A stretch of DNA of 60,160 bases from Toensbergia leucococca (lineage: Eukaryota). The stretch is taken from the NCBI GenBank assembly GCA_022813965.1, contig JALDZS010000151.1, positions 1-60,160 on the forward strand, read 5' to 3'. Below, one piece after another: positions 49,802 to 60,160 of this stretch. A program made the position numbers and the translations under genes. The notes beneath the pieces are model-generated. The model ran no database searches and was not told where the DNA came from. It saw nothing but the letters and a program-made list of their open reading frames with translations. Numbering within the stretch: position 1 is the first letter of the stretch; each line of letters opens with the position of its first letter.

Positions 49802-50665
49802 ATGTCTCAAGACGCTGACGTCGAGCGCGACGCTCCCCTCCTTACTTCAGCTAAGACCTCAGCCAGGGAGCCACCTCCCAGATTGATTAAGTTCCGCAAC
49901 TTGACAGGCATCCATACACCCGATTCCCTGGTGGTGACGAATCCTCCTCGACCAGCTCGAAACCTTGGTATCTATGCACGTATTGTATCCGAAGAAACCA
50001 AGGCCAGTTACCAATATCACTTCATGGCAACCATCATTGAAGTATCCTTCCTCAGCCAGATCGTTGTCGCCGCCACCCTTACCGCTCTCAGTGCGGCATC
50101 CGTCTCCCACATTGTGATCGCTATTTTAGGAAGCGTGAATACTGTAATTGCAGGACTTCAAACATATCTGAAAGGGCAGGGCCTACCGAATCGTATACGG
50201 CAATACCAATTTGGATTGAGGAAATTGAGGGAGCATATTGAAAATCGCGAGCGAGAATTCAGTGATGAGGAATGTAAGCTGGATGTTGATACTGTAATAG
50301 CGGATGTCAGTGCCATGTATGCAGCTGTGAGGCAAACTGCTGAAGACAACACTCCGGACACGTACTTACCGATGGGAGGAGCTGCGAAGAAGCTGTTGGG
50401 AGACAAAGCTGTTGGTGGCAGCGGAAAGCAGGACCTTGGCCCTGGAGATGGTATTAGTAAAGATGGTGCACAGGCAACCGATGAAGTAGATGGGTCTGAA
50501 GCGCCTAAAGTTGGGGATGCGTCGGGCACAGCTGGCAACGATATGGCAGATGAGGAGACTCGTCGTGAGGACCTGCTCAAGAGTGGTGACGCTGCGGCTT
50601 CCAAGGACAAGCCCGACACGGCACACGATACAGAAGAAACGCCACTATTACGAGGACGGTCTTGA
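49802..50665 (+). CDS. Fungal SLATT (SMODS/SLOG-associating 2TM) domain protein
   Basis: GIYARIV..Y..SQIVVAATLTALSA..IAILGSVNTVIAGLQTYLKGQGLPNRIRQY..LRKLREHIENRER: two TM helices, a helical tail and an acidic disordered C-terminus. Confidence 0.8.
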   Translation: MSQDADVERDAPLLTSAKTSAREPPPRLIKFRNLTGIHTPDSLVVTNPPRPARNLGIYARIVSEETKASYQYHFMATIIEVSFLSQIVVAATLTALSAASVSHIVIAILGSVNTVIAGLQTYLKGQGLPNRIRQYQFGLRKLREHIENREREFSDEECKLDVDTVIADVSAMYAAVRQTAEDNTPDTYLPMGGAAKKLLGDKAVGGSGKQDLGPGDGISKDGAQATDEVDGSEAPKVGDASGTAGNDMADEETRREDLLKSGDAAASKDKPDTAHDTEETPLLRGRS

Positions 50666-51501
50666 CTCGAACACAAAGGATTCATGTGTTCCTAAAATAA
50701 GCTTCGATCTACGAAAAGACAAGACATAAGATGTCGTCTGCTAGCACAAAATTGCTATTGATGTATGTTGAGTGCTTGTGATGATACATACCAGGACCTA
50801 GCATTCTACTACATCCTTGTTTCCCTGCCCCTATCATAATGTTGTATCTCTACTGGCCTGTCAGAAGAGAGTGAGCGTATGAGGCAAGAAACGAGAGGCA
50901 CTGCTACATAGTATGGTCAAAGTATCGAAATCGGTCACTGAGGCTCTGATCCTTGTGAGGAAATGCAGAAATCTACGCTGGACCTGTGTCTCAGTCTGAG
51001 ACTTGTCTTCCTACTTTCACTCATTTCAATTTGGACGTTGTATCGACGATAGACATGGTGCCCTTTTATTTTCTATATCCTCAACTCAGAAGTATGGAAG
51101 CTTTACTTCATCTTAAACAATTCAATGTTCTCACTCTTTTAATAGCGGGCCTGTCGTAAAGTAAGTCGTGGAATTTGAACAACCTCGATTGTGAAAAACT
51201 TGGGCCTTCTGAACAGGTCCTAACTCTAATCTTCTAGGTGTCAGTGAGGGACTCTAGAAATATACTGTTTGCTTTCTCCTAATATTCAAGTGACGTTCAC
51301 AGGTAGCATTTCAATTTATTCTATTCCAGCAGCACCCCGATGATCATATCTTACTCAACTATGCCATTACAAAGCGGCGCTCTTACAGTCGTGGGCCTCT
51401 TAGTCGTTAGATTACTATTTGTACGGTTTTTCCCCTCGTATCCAAGGTAGATCAAGCAGCTGCTTACTGTATTCAGTTTCATTAAAGTGTCATATCCGCA
51501 A

Positions 51502-51531
51502 CGAAAACATCAGTCTCGAAAACATCAGTCT
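51502..51531 (+). repeat. Perfect 15-bp tandem duplication
   Basis: cgaaaacatcagtct x2. Confidence 0.9.
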
Positions 51532-51561
51532 AATCTGCGACACACCGGCATCGACATGCCC

Positions 51562-52871
51562 TTAGCATCCAAGATGTTCCTCCCGCTCCCCATACCTCTC
51601 CGCCTGCAGTCCCCTTATCAACTGCAACACCACAAAAGCTAGACACGCATTCGAGAAAAACCCCAACAGATTACTCCACGCAGGCCCAGCAACTGCATAC
51701 AAAACCACGGACAAAAACACCAGTATCAAGCTGAGCAAACTCATCATTGGGACCCAGATGCCCATATATCGACTCAAGGACTCCTTCTTGAATGATGGCA
51801 CCAGCGTGATGTACAGACCAAGGATTTGCATGAAGAAAACCTGCACGAAACTGAGAAGGTCGGTTACTTCAAAATCCCAGCGAGACCAGTAGCTGCTTTT
51901 TGAGAAGGAGGCAACTTGGAGAGAGGCGCTTATTAGGGTAATAAGGCTGGTGATGCCAATGATGGATGCTTCGGTCTGCTTACTTGAAGAAAAGGGAGTT
52001 ATTAGGTACCTTTGCTTCACGGGGGTGGTCAATATCTAACCGTTAGTCCCTGCAGCAGTCGGGATTACTTCCTATATTCCGCTAGGATGCTGTGATCGAG
52101 ATGCTGCCACAGCGATAGGAGCGATATGTTGTTCATAGAACGGTGTCCGCGATGGAGTCGGCGAAAGAACATTACAACCGGACTGATGGCGCGCTTTGTC
52201 AGCTTTGGGCAAAATGATCGGATCGGCGAGCAAGACGGAACTTTTATCGGGGCGAGCAAGGGCATGGAAAACATGCTACCAACTACTTACGGCCTGTCAC
52301 TGTAAGAAGCTGTATTACTCCCCAATCCCACATGCTTGATCTGCATCAAGCTCTCACAGCTGTCCAAGAAAGTCTCCACAACCTCTATCCGCGATTCGAT
52401 ACCCAGAACAACAGACGACGGCAATCGGTTTCCCGCACACGCCGCGACCAGCAAATCCGGAAGCCTATCGGCTGCTCTTTCGAGAAGCTTGATCTGAAAC
52501 AAGGCCTCCCCGCTTGTGTCGGACATGTTGGATTGCGCCCATTTGTTGCTCAGGGAACTCAGACCTTGCATCCAAGACTTCTTGAACGTGCTTTCTTCGA
52601 GATACGCCAACATGTCTTCTTCCGACGTTTTGTATGACGTGCTGCGGGAACCGATGTGAGGCTCTTCTTCTCCCGCACCGATCGAGGACGTTGCAATGGA
52701 AGGAGTAAGACTTTGGAGCTGGGCGTTTATTGTTGCATCCATCTCTTCGAAGCGGCGAGTTATCGACAGTAGTGCTATCTGCACTGTTGGGCTTACCGTA
52801 CGGAAAAGTCCATTGATGGTTTGAGATGCCATATGCGGCGTACTTTGGAAGCTGGGGGCCCTCTTTTCCAT
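51562..52871 (-). CDS. Hypothetical protein with C-terminal ~4-TM region; middle exon structure unresolved
   Basis: ORF 52871-52291 ends at a gtaagt donor. The terminal exon, after a ctaac..tag acceptor near 52036, encodes four hydrophobic segments. I could not join them through a stop-free middle exon with certainty. Confidence 0.5.
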
Positions 52872-54168
52872 GATTCTTGAAATGGGGACTTTTCGGGGGG
52901 GCAGTTTTGATTTTGGGTAAATATATTTGGCTTTGGGGAAGGAGGAGGGGTTATATATTTGTATTTTTTTGATGGTCGAGGTGGTTTGGGGGGTTTTCAA
53001 GCGGTATGGCGCCTGTGGGAGTTTCGGATTGTTGCACAGCCCCTTTGCTTGTTTCTTGGCCCCCTGGATCCTTTGCTTTTGCGGTATCTTCGCCTTGGAG
53101 GGATTCGTTGCATAACGCTCGCACCAAACTCCCTGCCAACTCTTTTTTTCCCCCCTCTCCTGACTCATGAGATTTTTCGTCCAGTGGTGAACCTGAAAGC
53201 GGGGTTGAGCAAAATAGGCTGAGAAGGGGGCAGGGATCTGACAAAGATGAGATCAGTCCAGCAGGAAGTTTTTGGTGAGGTGAAAGCGAGTGAAGGAAAA
53301 AGGAACAAAAAAAACACAAGAACTCTCCACCCTACCTCTTCCCCCCCCTTCATCCCTCTCACCCTGTTCAAAAAAAAAATACTCACAAATTCGCTCTCAC
53401 ACTCATCTACACTCCACTCACTCCCCCTCTCAACCCCGCATCTCTCCATCCCTTAACAACACGCACCATTCAACCCTCCTCCGCCCACTATGCATCTTTC
53501 CCAAAAAAAATCCCTAAGTCTGAAAAATGCTTGACTTACCGTTAGAAAAGGCGGGTCTGGGTGCGAATTGCAAATACGGATTGGAAGAGTTGAGGCTTTT
53601 TGAGTGAGAGAGAAAGAGAGAGAGAGAAGATATTAATGATGAGATGACTAACACATGCATCTACTATGAGGACACATAGACAGGAAGAAACAAAGGAAAT
53701 AAAGGGAAGATAAGGAGAGATTAGAAATGGCGTTCTCTTTTGCTCGTTCATTTCTTGGCAAGGGAGAGAGAGAGAGAATCGAATTCCACCTTCACTCCCT
53801 TTATTTCTTTCACTCCCTTTTCGACTTCTGCCGATTAGTGGTGGGGAGTGAAGGAAGGGAGGATCCCTGCCATTCTTTGCATTTGTATCCAATCTCTAAT
53901 CAATCAAAGTCACTTCCAAAAAAAAAAATATCGGTCTGCAAAAAAAGGTCCTCAAACTTAAATGAGTGTGGTATTTTCTTTTATAATATTTCAGACAACC
54001 AGATCAATTCTAACATGCATGCTGTGATTCCCACTCAAACATCCCCCCCCAACCATGTAAATGCCAGAATCAAACAGCCTCCCAAAAAGGAACAAGAAAA
54101 AGGGAAAAAAACAAAACAAAACAGGAAAATCCACAAGACCATGTACTCTACTCTCCCTCTTCTATCTC

Positions 54169-55413
54169 TTACCATTGGTGTCCACGTCGAACATGACCCT
54201 CAGAGAATCGAATAGCACGCTTGAACTTAACGGCCGAAGCGCTCATGTTGAGAGTAGCAGTTTGACCGACAGTGCACTTAGTACCGGAAGCCATGGGTTG
54301 GACAATGGACCAAGAGCCGCTGGCGCATTGCTGGAATGAGTTACCGCCGATACAGTTCCATTCGCCCTCAGTAGTACAGGGTCCGGTGAGTGCGCCGCTG
54401 GAAGATGTAGAGCCCGAAGAAGACGATCCGGTGGATGCGGGAGCAGCGGAGCTGGCGACTGGGGCTGAGGAAGCGACTGAAGGAGCAGCGACGGATGATG
54501 CAGGTTGCGAGGATGCGACTGGGGCGGAGGTTGGGGCAGTGCTTGATCCGGAAGATGCTAGGGTAATGAAGACGCCTCCTGAGCTGCTTGGCGCAACGGA
54601 AGATGATCCACCAGTGGGAGCTGCTGCAGCGGCGGAGGAGCCACCAGCAGCGGACGAGCCACCGGTAGCGGCTGCACCGCAACCAGTTCCAGATGGAGCG
54701 GTGGCAGTGCTTGTGCTATCGCCGGCGTATTGGACAGAGTCGCCAGGGTCGGGGAACATGACATCAGCAGATTCAAGGGTTTGGCATTGCGAAGTAGGGA
54801 TGTTGGCGATGAACATGTCGGGAAAGCCAGTTGCTCGCTTGGTGAAACCAGGCTCGATGTCTACCATGGCTTCATCCTCGCGCTTGGATTTGCTTCCACC
54901 AGTGACAGTGACGGGGGCACAGTTCATGTACATTTCCCGGTTGCCGACCTTGTTGAACCAGGTCCATGCAAGTACGTAGTCTCCCGAAGCGACGGATGAA
55001 GGAATCGAGAACTCGAATGTACTAGCAGAGCTACCGTCGGGGTTCTCGGGAAGGTTGCCAGCAGTGTTTGCGGGACAGCCGCCGATGATGGAGTGGATCA
55101 CCATCCATTTGGTGGACTTTGATGGCTGCTTATCGGTGGTGAGAGAGATTTGGCACGAGCCTCCGCCGTGAACAGCGCTACCGGTGAAAGAAAGTGTTTG
55201 ATTGACGCCGACAGGCATGGTGTTCGAGACTCCCGAGGCATCGTAGACGCCGGATCTCTGCTTGCAAGGAAAGTCGGAGCCGTCTGCGACAAGAGGGCTG
55301 TTGTTGAGAGTTGCGCCGCCGAAAGGTGTAGGAGTTTTCATGATCATGTGTCCATTGACGGAAGAGGCAAGGGCGATGGCCGCAGCGACGATGAAAGCCT
55401 TAGAGAAAGGCAT
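54169..55413 (-). CDS. AA11 lytic polysaccharide monooxygenase with Ser/Ala linker and C-terminal Cys module (X278-like)
   Basis: Signal peptide then His1 (VNG|HMIM), DFPCK, GSAVHGGGSCQ, WTWFNKVGNREMYMNCA and the C-terminal CTTEGEWNC..FQQCASGSW...GTKC. Confidence 0.93.
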   Translation of the reverse strand: MPFSKAFIVAAAIALASSVNGHMIMKTPTPFGGATLNNSPLVADGSDFPCKQRSGVYDASGVSNTMPVGVNQTLSFTGSAVHGGGSCQISLTTDKQPSKSTKWMVIHSIIGGCPANTAGNLPENPDGSSASTFEFSIPSSVASGDYVLAWTWFNKVGNREMYMNCAPVTVTGGSKSKREDEAMVDIEPGFTKRATGFPDMFIANIPTSQCQTLESADVMFPDPGDSVQYAGDSTSTATAPSGTGCGAAATGGSSAAGGSSAAAAAPTGGSSSVAPSSSGGVFITLASSGSSTAPTSAPVASSQPASSVAAPSVASSAPVASSAAPASTGSSSSGSTSSSGALTGPCTTEGEWNCIGGNSFQQCASGSWSIVQPMASGTKCTVGQTATLNMSASAVKFKRAIRFSEGHVRRGHQW

Positions 55414-57861
55414 GTCGATGATCTTACCGGAAGATCTGTTGTTGTGTTGTTGCTTCGTACCTGACGAAGATATGGACTTGAAAGAAGGTGGTGTTGGAGC
55501 AGAAGGCTTTCTCTGAAGAGCTATGTGTTTTGAAGCTGGATAGCTGGGTAGATAGTCTGGAAGGTTGGTTCGAGAGTTATCTGGCCGAGGAGATTAGAGA
55601 AGCTGCTGTTGGGAGAATCAAAAGGAGAGTTGGGGAGAAGCATAAAGAATATATAGTTGGTGGAAAGACGTGAAGGGTCGAGGCTTGACTCGTAATTCCT
55701 CATTGTTCTTCATTGTCCCTTATTGTGCATGCTGGGACAATAAGACAAGCCATGTTGGGAATGAAGGCGTACAATGCCGAGTAACAAATCTGTCGCCGAC
55801 AAAGACTCACGACAATGATGAAGGATTGCAAACAATGAAATTCGTACCTATGGAGAACAACGATTCTTTGATTGATGGATGAAGTGTTGTGGAAGAGTCA
55901 AGGACAGTAAGGTCTGGCGCCAGGCAAGACGATGAAGTGAAGGAATGGAAGTAGGGAGAAGGGAATATCTACAGATTTGTACAATGTACGAACACGTCAA
56001 GGCCGATGGAGAGGGGAGGGAAGGGGGAGGAATGCGAGGGCGTCAGTTTAAGTATGTCAGTATGCAGCGACCCCCTCATCGTTGCCCCTCAACCCCTGGA
56101 GGAGGCACGAAACAGGCAGAAGGTCGGTACACTTGTTGGCCATTGGCACATTGGCCGCGGTCTTCAGCGCGTGGGGCGTCTCTGCACTAGCATCGGAGGC
56201 TCATTCCACAGGGTGTGCAACACGTAAGGGGAGTGCATGGACACTAAAAGTCATCATGGCATCAACTGGACGTGGGGACTTCAGCCAGCGTAGTTGGAAA
56301 CGGCAGAGGCTGCTTCAGCAGGCGGGTGTCCCTGACTACTGCTCAAAGGATGTAAAGGATGTGGGGAAGGCAGGTCAGATTGTCTTTCTCCCGATGTGAG
56401 TGGCCCACAAATAAATCCGACCTGCATTTGTTGTACATTCTCGGCCAATGACATGCTAATGCAGGGATGGCTTGACGACTCCATTTGAAACTCTACTGCC
56501 CCTATCACCTGACTAGCTATCTACCTTGAAATACTCCGTACGAGTGTTCACCGATCCTTGACAGCGTGTACATTCCCTACTACTCATCATCGCCGTCACT
56601 ACTTCTCCGAGACCTTCGAGGAAAACAGTCTCACAATCAAACGGCCGCGATGCCGGCCAGACCCTGTCAATTGCTACCCTCCGCCGACTAGGCCCATCTT
56701 TACATGGAGCACCTCAGTCTCAGACTTTCTCAGCAAGATTTGGGCCACAGATGATGACTCACACCATGAAAGACGTATGGGCTGTCCAGGGAAACATTCA
56801 CAATACCTGACACATCCGGCTCCCCAAATCAACAATACACGAAACGCACACGAAATACATATGGAGGGATCCCAGGACAGCCGTGCTTTCAGCAAACCCT
56901 GAACAGATCCCTCCTGAACATGGAGAAAAAGCCTCAAGATCCAGACAAACAAAACTCCCTGCACACCACTCTCCTCCGAAACCCACCAAGGAAACCCGTG
57001 CCACAAATAATCCCTTCATCCCACACATGACACGCAACCACCCCTCACCACGGGGGCTCTACCCAACATCCCTTAGCTTACCACAACCATTTTCCCGTCC
57101 GCGCCCAGCCAAACAATTCTAGCATAAAATCCAGCAACCGAAAAAGCCAAGAACCAGACCTAATCAATGAGACTATTCTCAAACAGCAGCACTAGCCAGC
57201 TGTTAAAGAGCACAAAGGATCTCCAAACCAATCAATCAATTGTAATAATATTATGCGGAACCCAAATCATAGAAACCAGCCCGAAACACGAGCATGCTGT
57301 TGGAGCAGTGACGGTTCAGCAGGGCTGTAAGATTGAGAGCATCTAGTACTTCCAAGTAAAATCTCTTGGAAACAGAGTGGTAAGAATATATTACAACCTC
57401 ACACCTGCCCGACCCCGCGGCAAGGCAGCCCTGAAAGTGACTCAAGTAGGTTTCCAGTCTCAGAAAAGTCATGGATGGACGATGTGGCAATTGACTGCGT
57501 TTCTACAGTATGCTCTCGTTCTGATCACTACTGTGCCAATTTGAAGAAAGCATAGCGAAGGGAGTAGCAATGACTGAGGGGTGTGAGAGACTCAATGGCG
57601 GGAGTGGAATACGCCATTTGGCCCGCGCCAACAGTACGAGTAGCATGGTGCTTTGATGGACCCCCTGATGGACTCATGTCGTTGGATTGACCATCTTGTG
57701 TAACCCGAATCTCCTATTCGTAGCACTGTCCCATGTGAACAATGCACAGAGACATATTATATTAGTGGAGGAACGAAACAGCGATCGAAATATCTAGGCT
57801 GAATGAGTCATTCAAGATGCAGTATCTCCGAAACCTGCAACATTTACTTACCGTGGCAGTG

Positions 57862-59124
57862 ATGGGGACCAACGAGAAGAGCACTAGATGCAGTTCTAGG
57901 AGTTCAAGCCCTTCTGTCAACGTCGCCAACCACGCCTTCGTCCACTTTTACTCCGCCAAGAACTCTCAATTTCAAGCACCCACCAAGTCCGACGGTACTC
58001 TAGGTCGAGAGGAGCAGTTTGGATACTTTGTGTGGCCGCAAGTACCACTTATCTCCTGCAAATCCAAGCACTCATACTCATCCTCTCCTCTTTCCAGCGT
58101 CGCCATTGAAGTTCACTCCCTCGCCGACGCAGCCCTCGCAGGCTCAGACCCCAACAAAATCCCCCTCGCAATAAGCGTCCTTCAGCGCCACTGGAATCCC
58201 GGCAAACATGGTTTCTGCGCCTGGCACATGTACGAGGGTAACAACGATATTTACTACGACGACAATGCCCACGCCGCCAATGCTCTCATCACCGCCTACC
58301 AAGCTACCCAAAACCCCGTCTACCTCGCCCAAGCAAACGAAATTCTCACTGGTCTAATCCTCCCTGGTTGGAACAAAGTCGACCAGAACGGCGTTCCATG
58401 GCACACCTCCGACCCCTCAAGCAGGAATGCATGCTCCACTGGCTCTGCCGCTGTCGCGGCTCTTCGCCTCTCTTCCCTCTCCAATATAAACACCACAGAA
58501 TTAGCTCAATTTGGCGAAAAAGCTCTCAATTGGCTCACGATCACTCTCCAAGACCCGTCCGACGATCTGATCTCAGACAATATCAAATATCAACCCGACG
58601 GATCCAGCAAAGTCGAATCCACCAAATGGACCTACAATACCGGCTTCGCCATCCACGGTTTCACCCTCCTCCACCAGACCACCCGCAACGAATACTACCT
58701 TAACAAAGCCATTCAGCTCGCTAAAGCTGCAACGAAGAAATCCGGAGCTCTCTACGACCATTCGATTCTCGAGCCCGAAAAGCGCATGTACGCCGACGGC
58801 TCCTTCTTTCTGCACCACCTTCTGGACGGCTTCTCCATCCTCTCAAACCATGCCCTCCAATCCACTCTACGCAGCGAGATCGCCTGCGTTGCTGCCTTTG
58901 GCAAAAAGTTCATGTACGATCCAACAGATGGACTCTACTTCCGCGGCAGCGAACCGTATTCCATCTCTCAGGAATTGACGGACAAGTATAATCTCGAATA
59001 CGGAACGAACAAGTCTTTCGAGCCTAATGCTTCGGAGCGCGATGACGAGGGGCATTTGTGCAAGACCCTTATAGGGTGTGCCGGGTGGGTGCGTATTGGG
59101 TTGATGGCGGAGAAGATTGAGTAA
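57862..59124 (+). CDS. GH76-like alpha-1,6-mannanase / six-hairpin glycosidase, no signal peptide
   Basis: YYDDNAH catalytic DD motif, GVPW, NACSTG and KWTYNTG. A probable GC-AG intron lies at 58038-58097. Confidence 0.85.
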   Translation: MGTNEKSTRCSSRSSSPSVNVANHAFVHFYSAKNSQFQAPTKSDGTLGREEQFGYFVWPQVPLISCKSKHSYSSSPLSSVAIEVHSLADAALAGSDPNKIPLAISVLQRHWNPGKHGFCAWHMYEGNNDIYYDDNAHAANALITAYQATQNPVYLAQANEILTGLILPGWNKVDQNGVPWHTSDPSSRNACSTGSAAVAALRLSSLSNINTTELAQFGEKALNWLTITLQDPSDDLISDNIKYQPDGSSKVESTKWTYNTGFAIHGFTLLHQTTRNEYYLNKAIQLAKAATKKSGALYDHSILEPEKRMYADGSFFLHHLLDGFSILSNHALQSTLRSEIACVAAFGKKFMYDPTDGLYFRGSEPYSISQELTDKYNLEYGTNKSFEPNASERDDEGHLCKTLIGCAGWVRIGLMAEKIE

Positions 59125-59399
59125 TAGAGATGAATTCGATGATCAAAAAGGAACCACGACTTATCTTATTGCTGAAAACAAGTCAATCAGAGGCTACCAC
59201 ACTCGAACGTGGTTATCAGAGGCGTTTGTGCAAAGCACTGGTTCGGTGCGACAGGTGGGTGCGTGATGGATTGACAAAGGAGAGAGATTATAGCAATAGG
59301 GGAGAAAACTTGATCATTGAAGAACAAACCATCTACGTATCTGATTGCTTGTCGAGAGCAGGTCAGCCAGTAAGAAGCCAAAATCAAATGATCAATCAA

Positions 59400-60160
59400 T
59401 CAGTCAATGAGAAGCTGACATCATGACAAACACAGCCTTTAAGCTGCCATAGCTTCAAACAGAATCCATCTAAACATTTAAAACTCATTTTATTCATAAA
59501 AACAGCATTCATGAAGTAATGTCAATAATCCTGCTTACTACATGAAATTAGACTAGGTGCCTGTGTATGAATACACAGATCTTTCATTTTATGCTCACAC
59601 TCACACTCACAAAAACAAAAACAAAAGATCTCAAATTGTCACAGATATTGTAACTTTATAACTTGAGAAATATCACGCTCTTCAAGCTCTTGAAATATAT
59701 TAAATCATATTATCACTTCATAGAAAATGTATTCACATCATTGAGTTTAAACAAGATAATTTGACTACTGTATTAATTGACATATAAGATAGTAGTCTTT
59801 CAGTCCATTCATCATCTATAGATCAATAGCATCTTATATACTGTTTGTAGAGTAAGGTCTTCACTTGAAAAAATCATCACATTCACTACTAACCTCTTTA
59901 ACACCTTAACACCTCATCTACTCACTCACCTTAACACCTCATTTATTTAGTCATGACTTCATCTCACACTCTCTCTAAGAAACAGGTCAAATTGACTGAA
60001 CTTCTGTCACCTACTCATCATCACTGACTCAAATCAAAGTCTGACATTACTGTAAGTGAACAGTGTGTGAAGTTAACACAATAGATGAGTAAGGTCTGAA
60101 GAGAGTTTCATAAAAATCAGTCAGATCTCATTGTCAAAGTCTTTAGACAAGTAGAGCTAC
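59400..60160 (-). mobile_element. Mutationally degraded (CpG-depleted, RIP/methylation-type) repeat relic running off the window end
   Basis: An abrupt shift to AT-rich sequence almost devoid of CpG. A minus-strand frame is punctuated by TGA codons, consistent with CGA>TGA transitions. Confidence 0.55.

Noticed and set aside
54272..54979. 235-aa antisense ORF
   Set aside because: Shadow of the AA11 Ser/Ala/Gly linker codons. The same applies to antisense ORFs over TLG1, GMC and SLATT.

Overview
Eukaryotic DNA from a filamentous ascomycete (short GT-AG introns with CTRAC branch points). The gene content and the CpG-depleted transposon relics would fit a lichen-forming Lecanoromycete, but that is inference only. 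About 24 protein genes are supportable. Housekeeping or conserved genes: PMP3-like, METTL25-like, TLG1, GCP5-like, KTR-type GT15, COX6 and RPL4. Enzymes: sulfotransferase-like P-loop protein, old yellow enzyme, GMC oxidoreductase, AA11 LPMO and GH76. Others: two adjacent periplasmic-binding-protein-fold genes, two tandem BTB genes, a PTH11-like receptor, a fungal SLATT protein and several small or secreted proteins. A 1156-bp non-autonomous TIR element with a TA target duplication lies at 38715-39870. The most notable observations are a trio of tiny intronless genes whose promoters carry clustered HMG-box-type (AACAAWG) motifs, a stop-introducing alternative 3' splice site in RPL4 intron 2, a CFEM-like secreted protein with a G/N/T/W glyco-repeat tail, and a gene with two possible alternative first exons. 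Exon structures were read by eye and family calls come from motif recognition; no database search was run.
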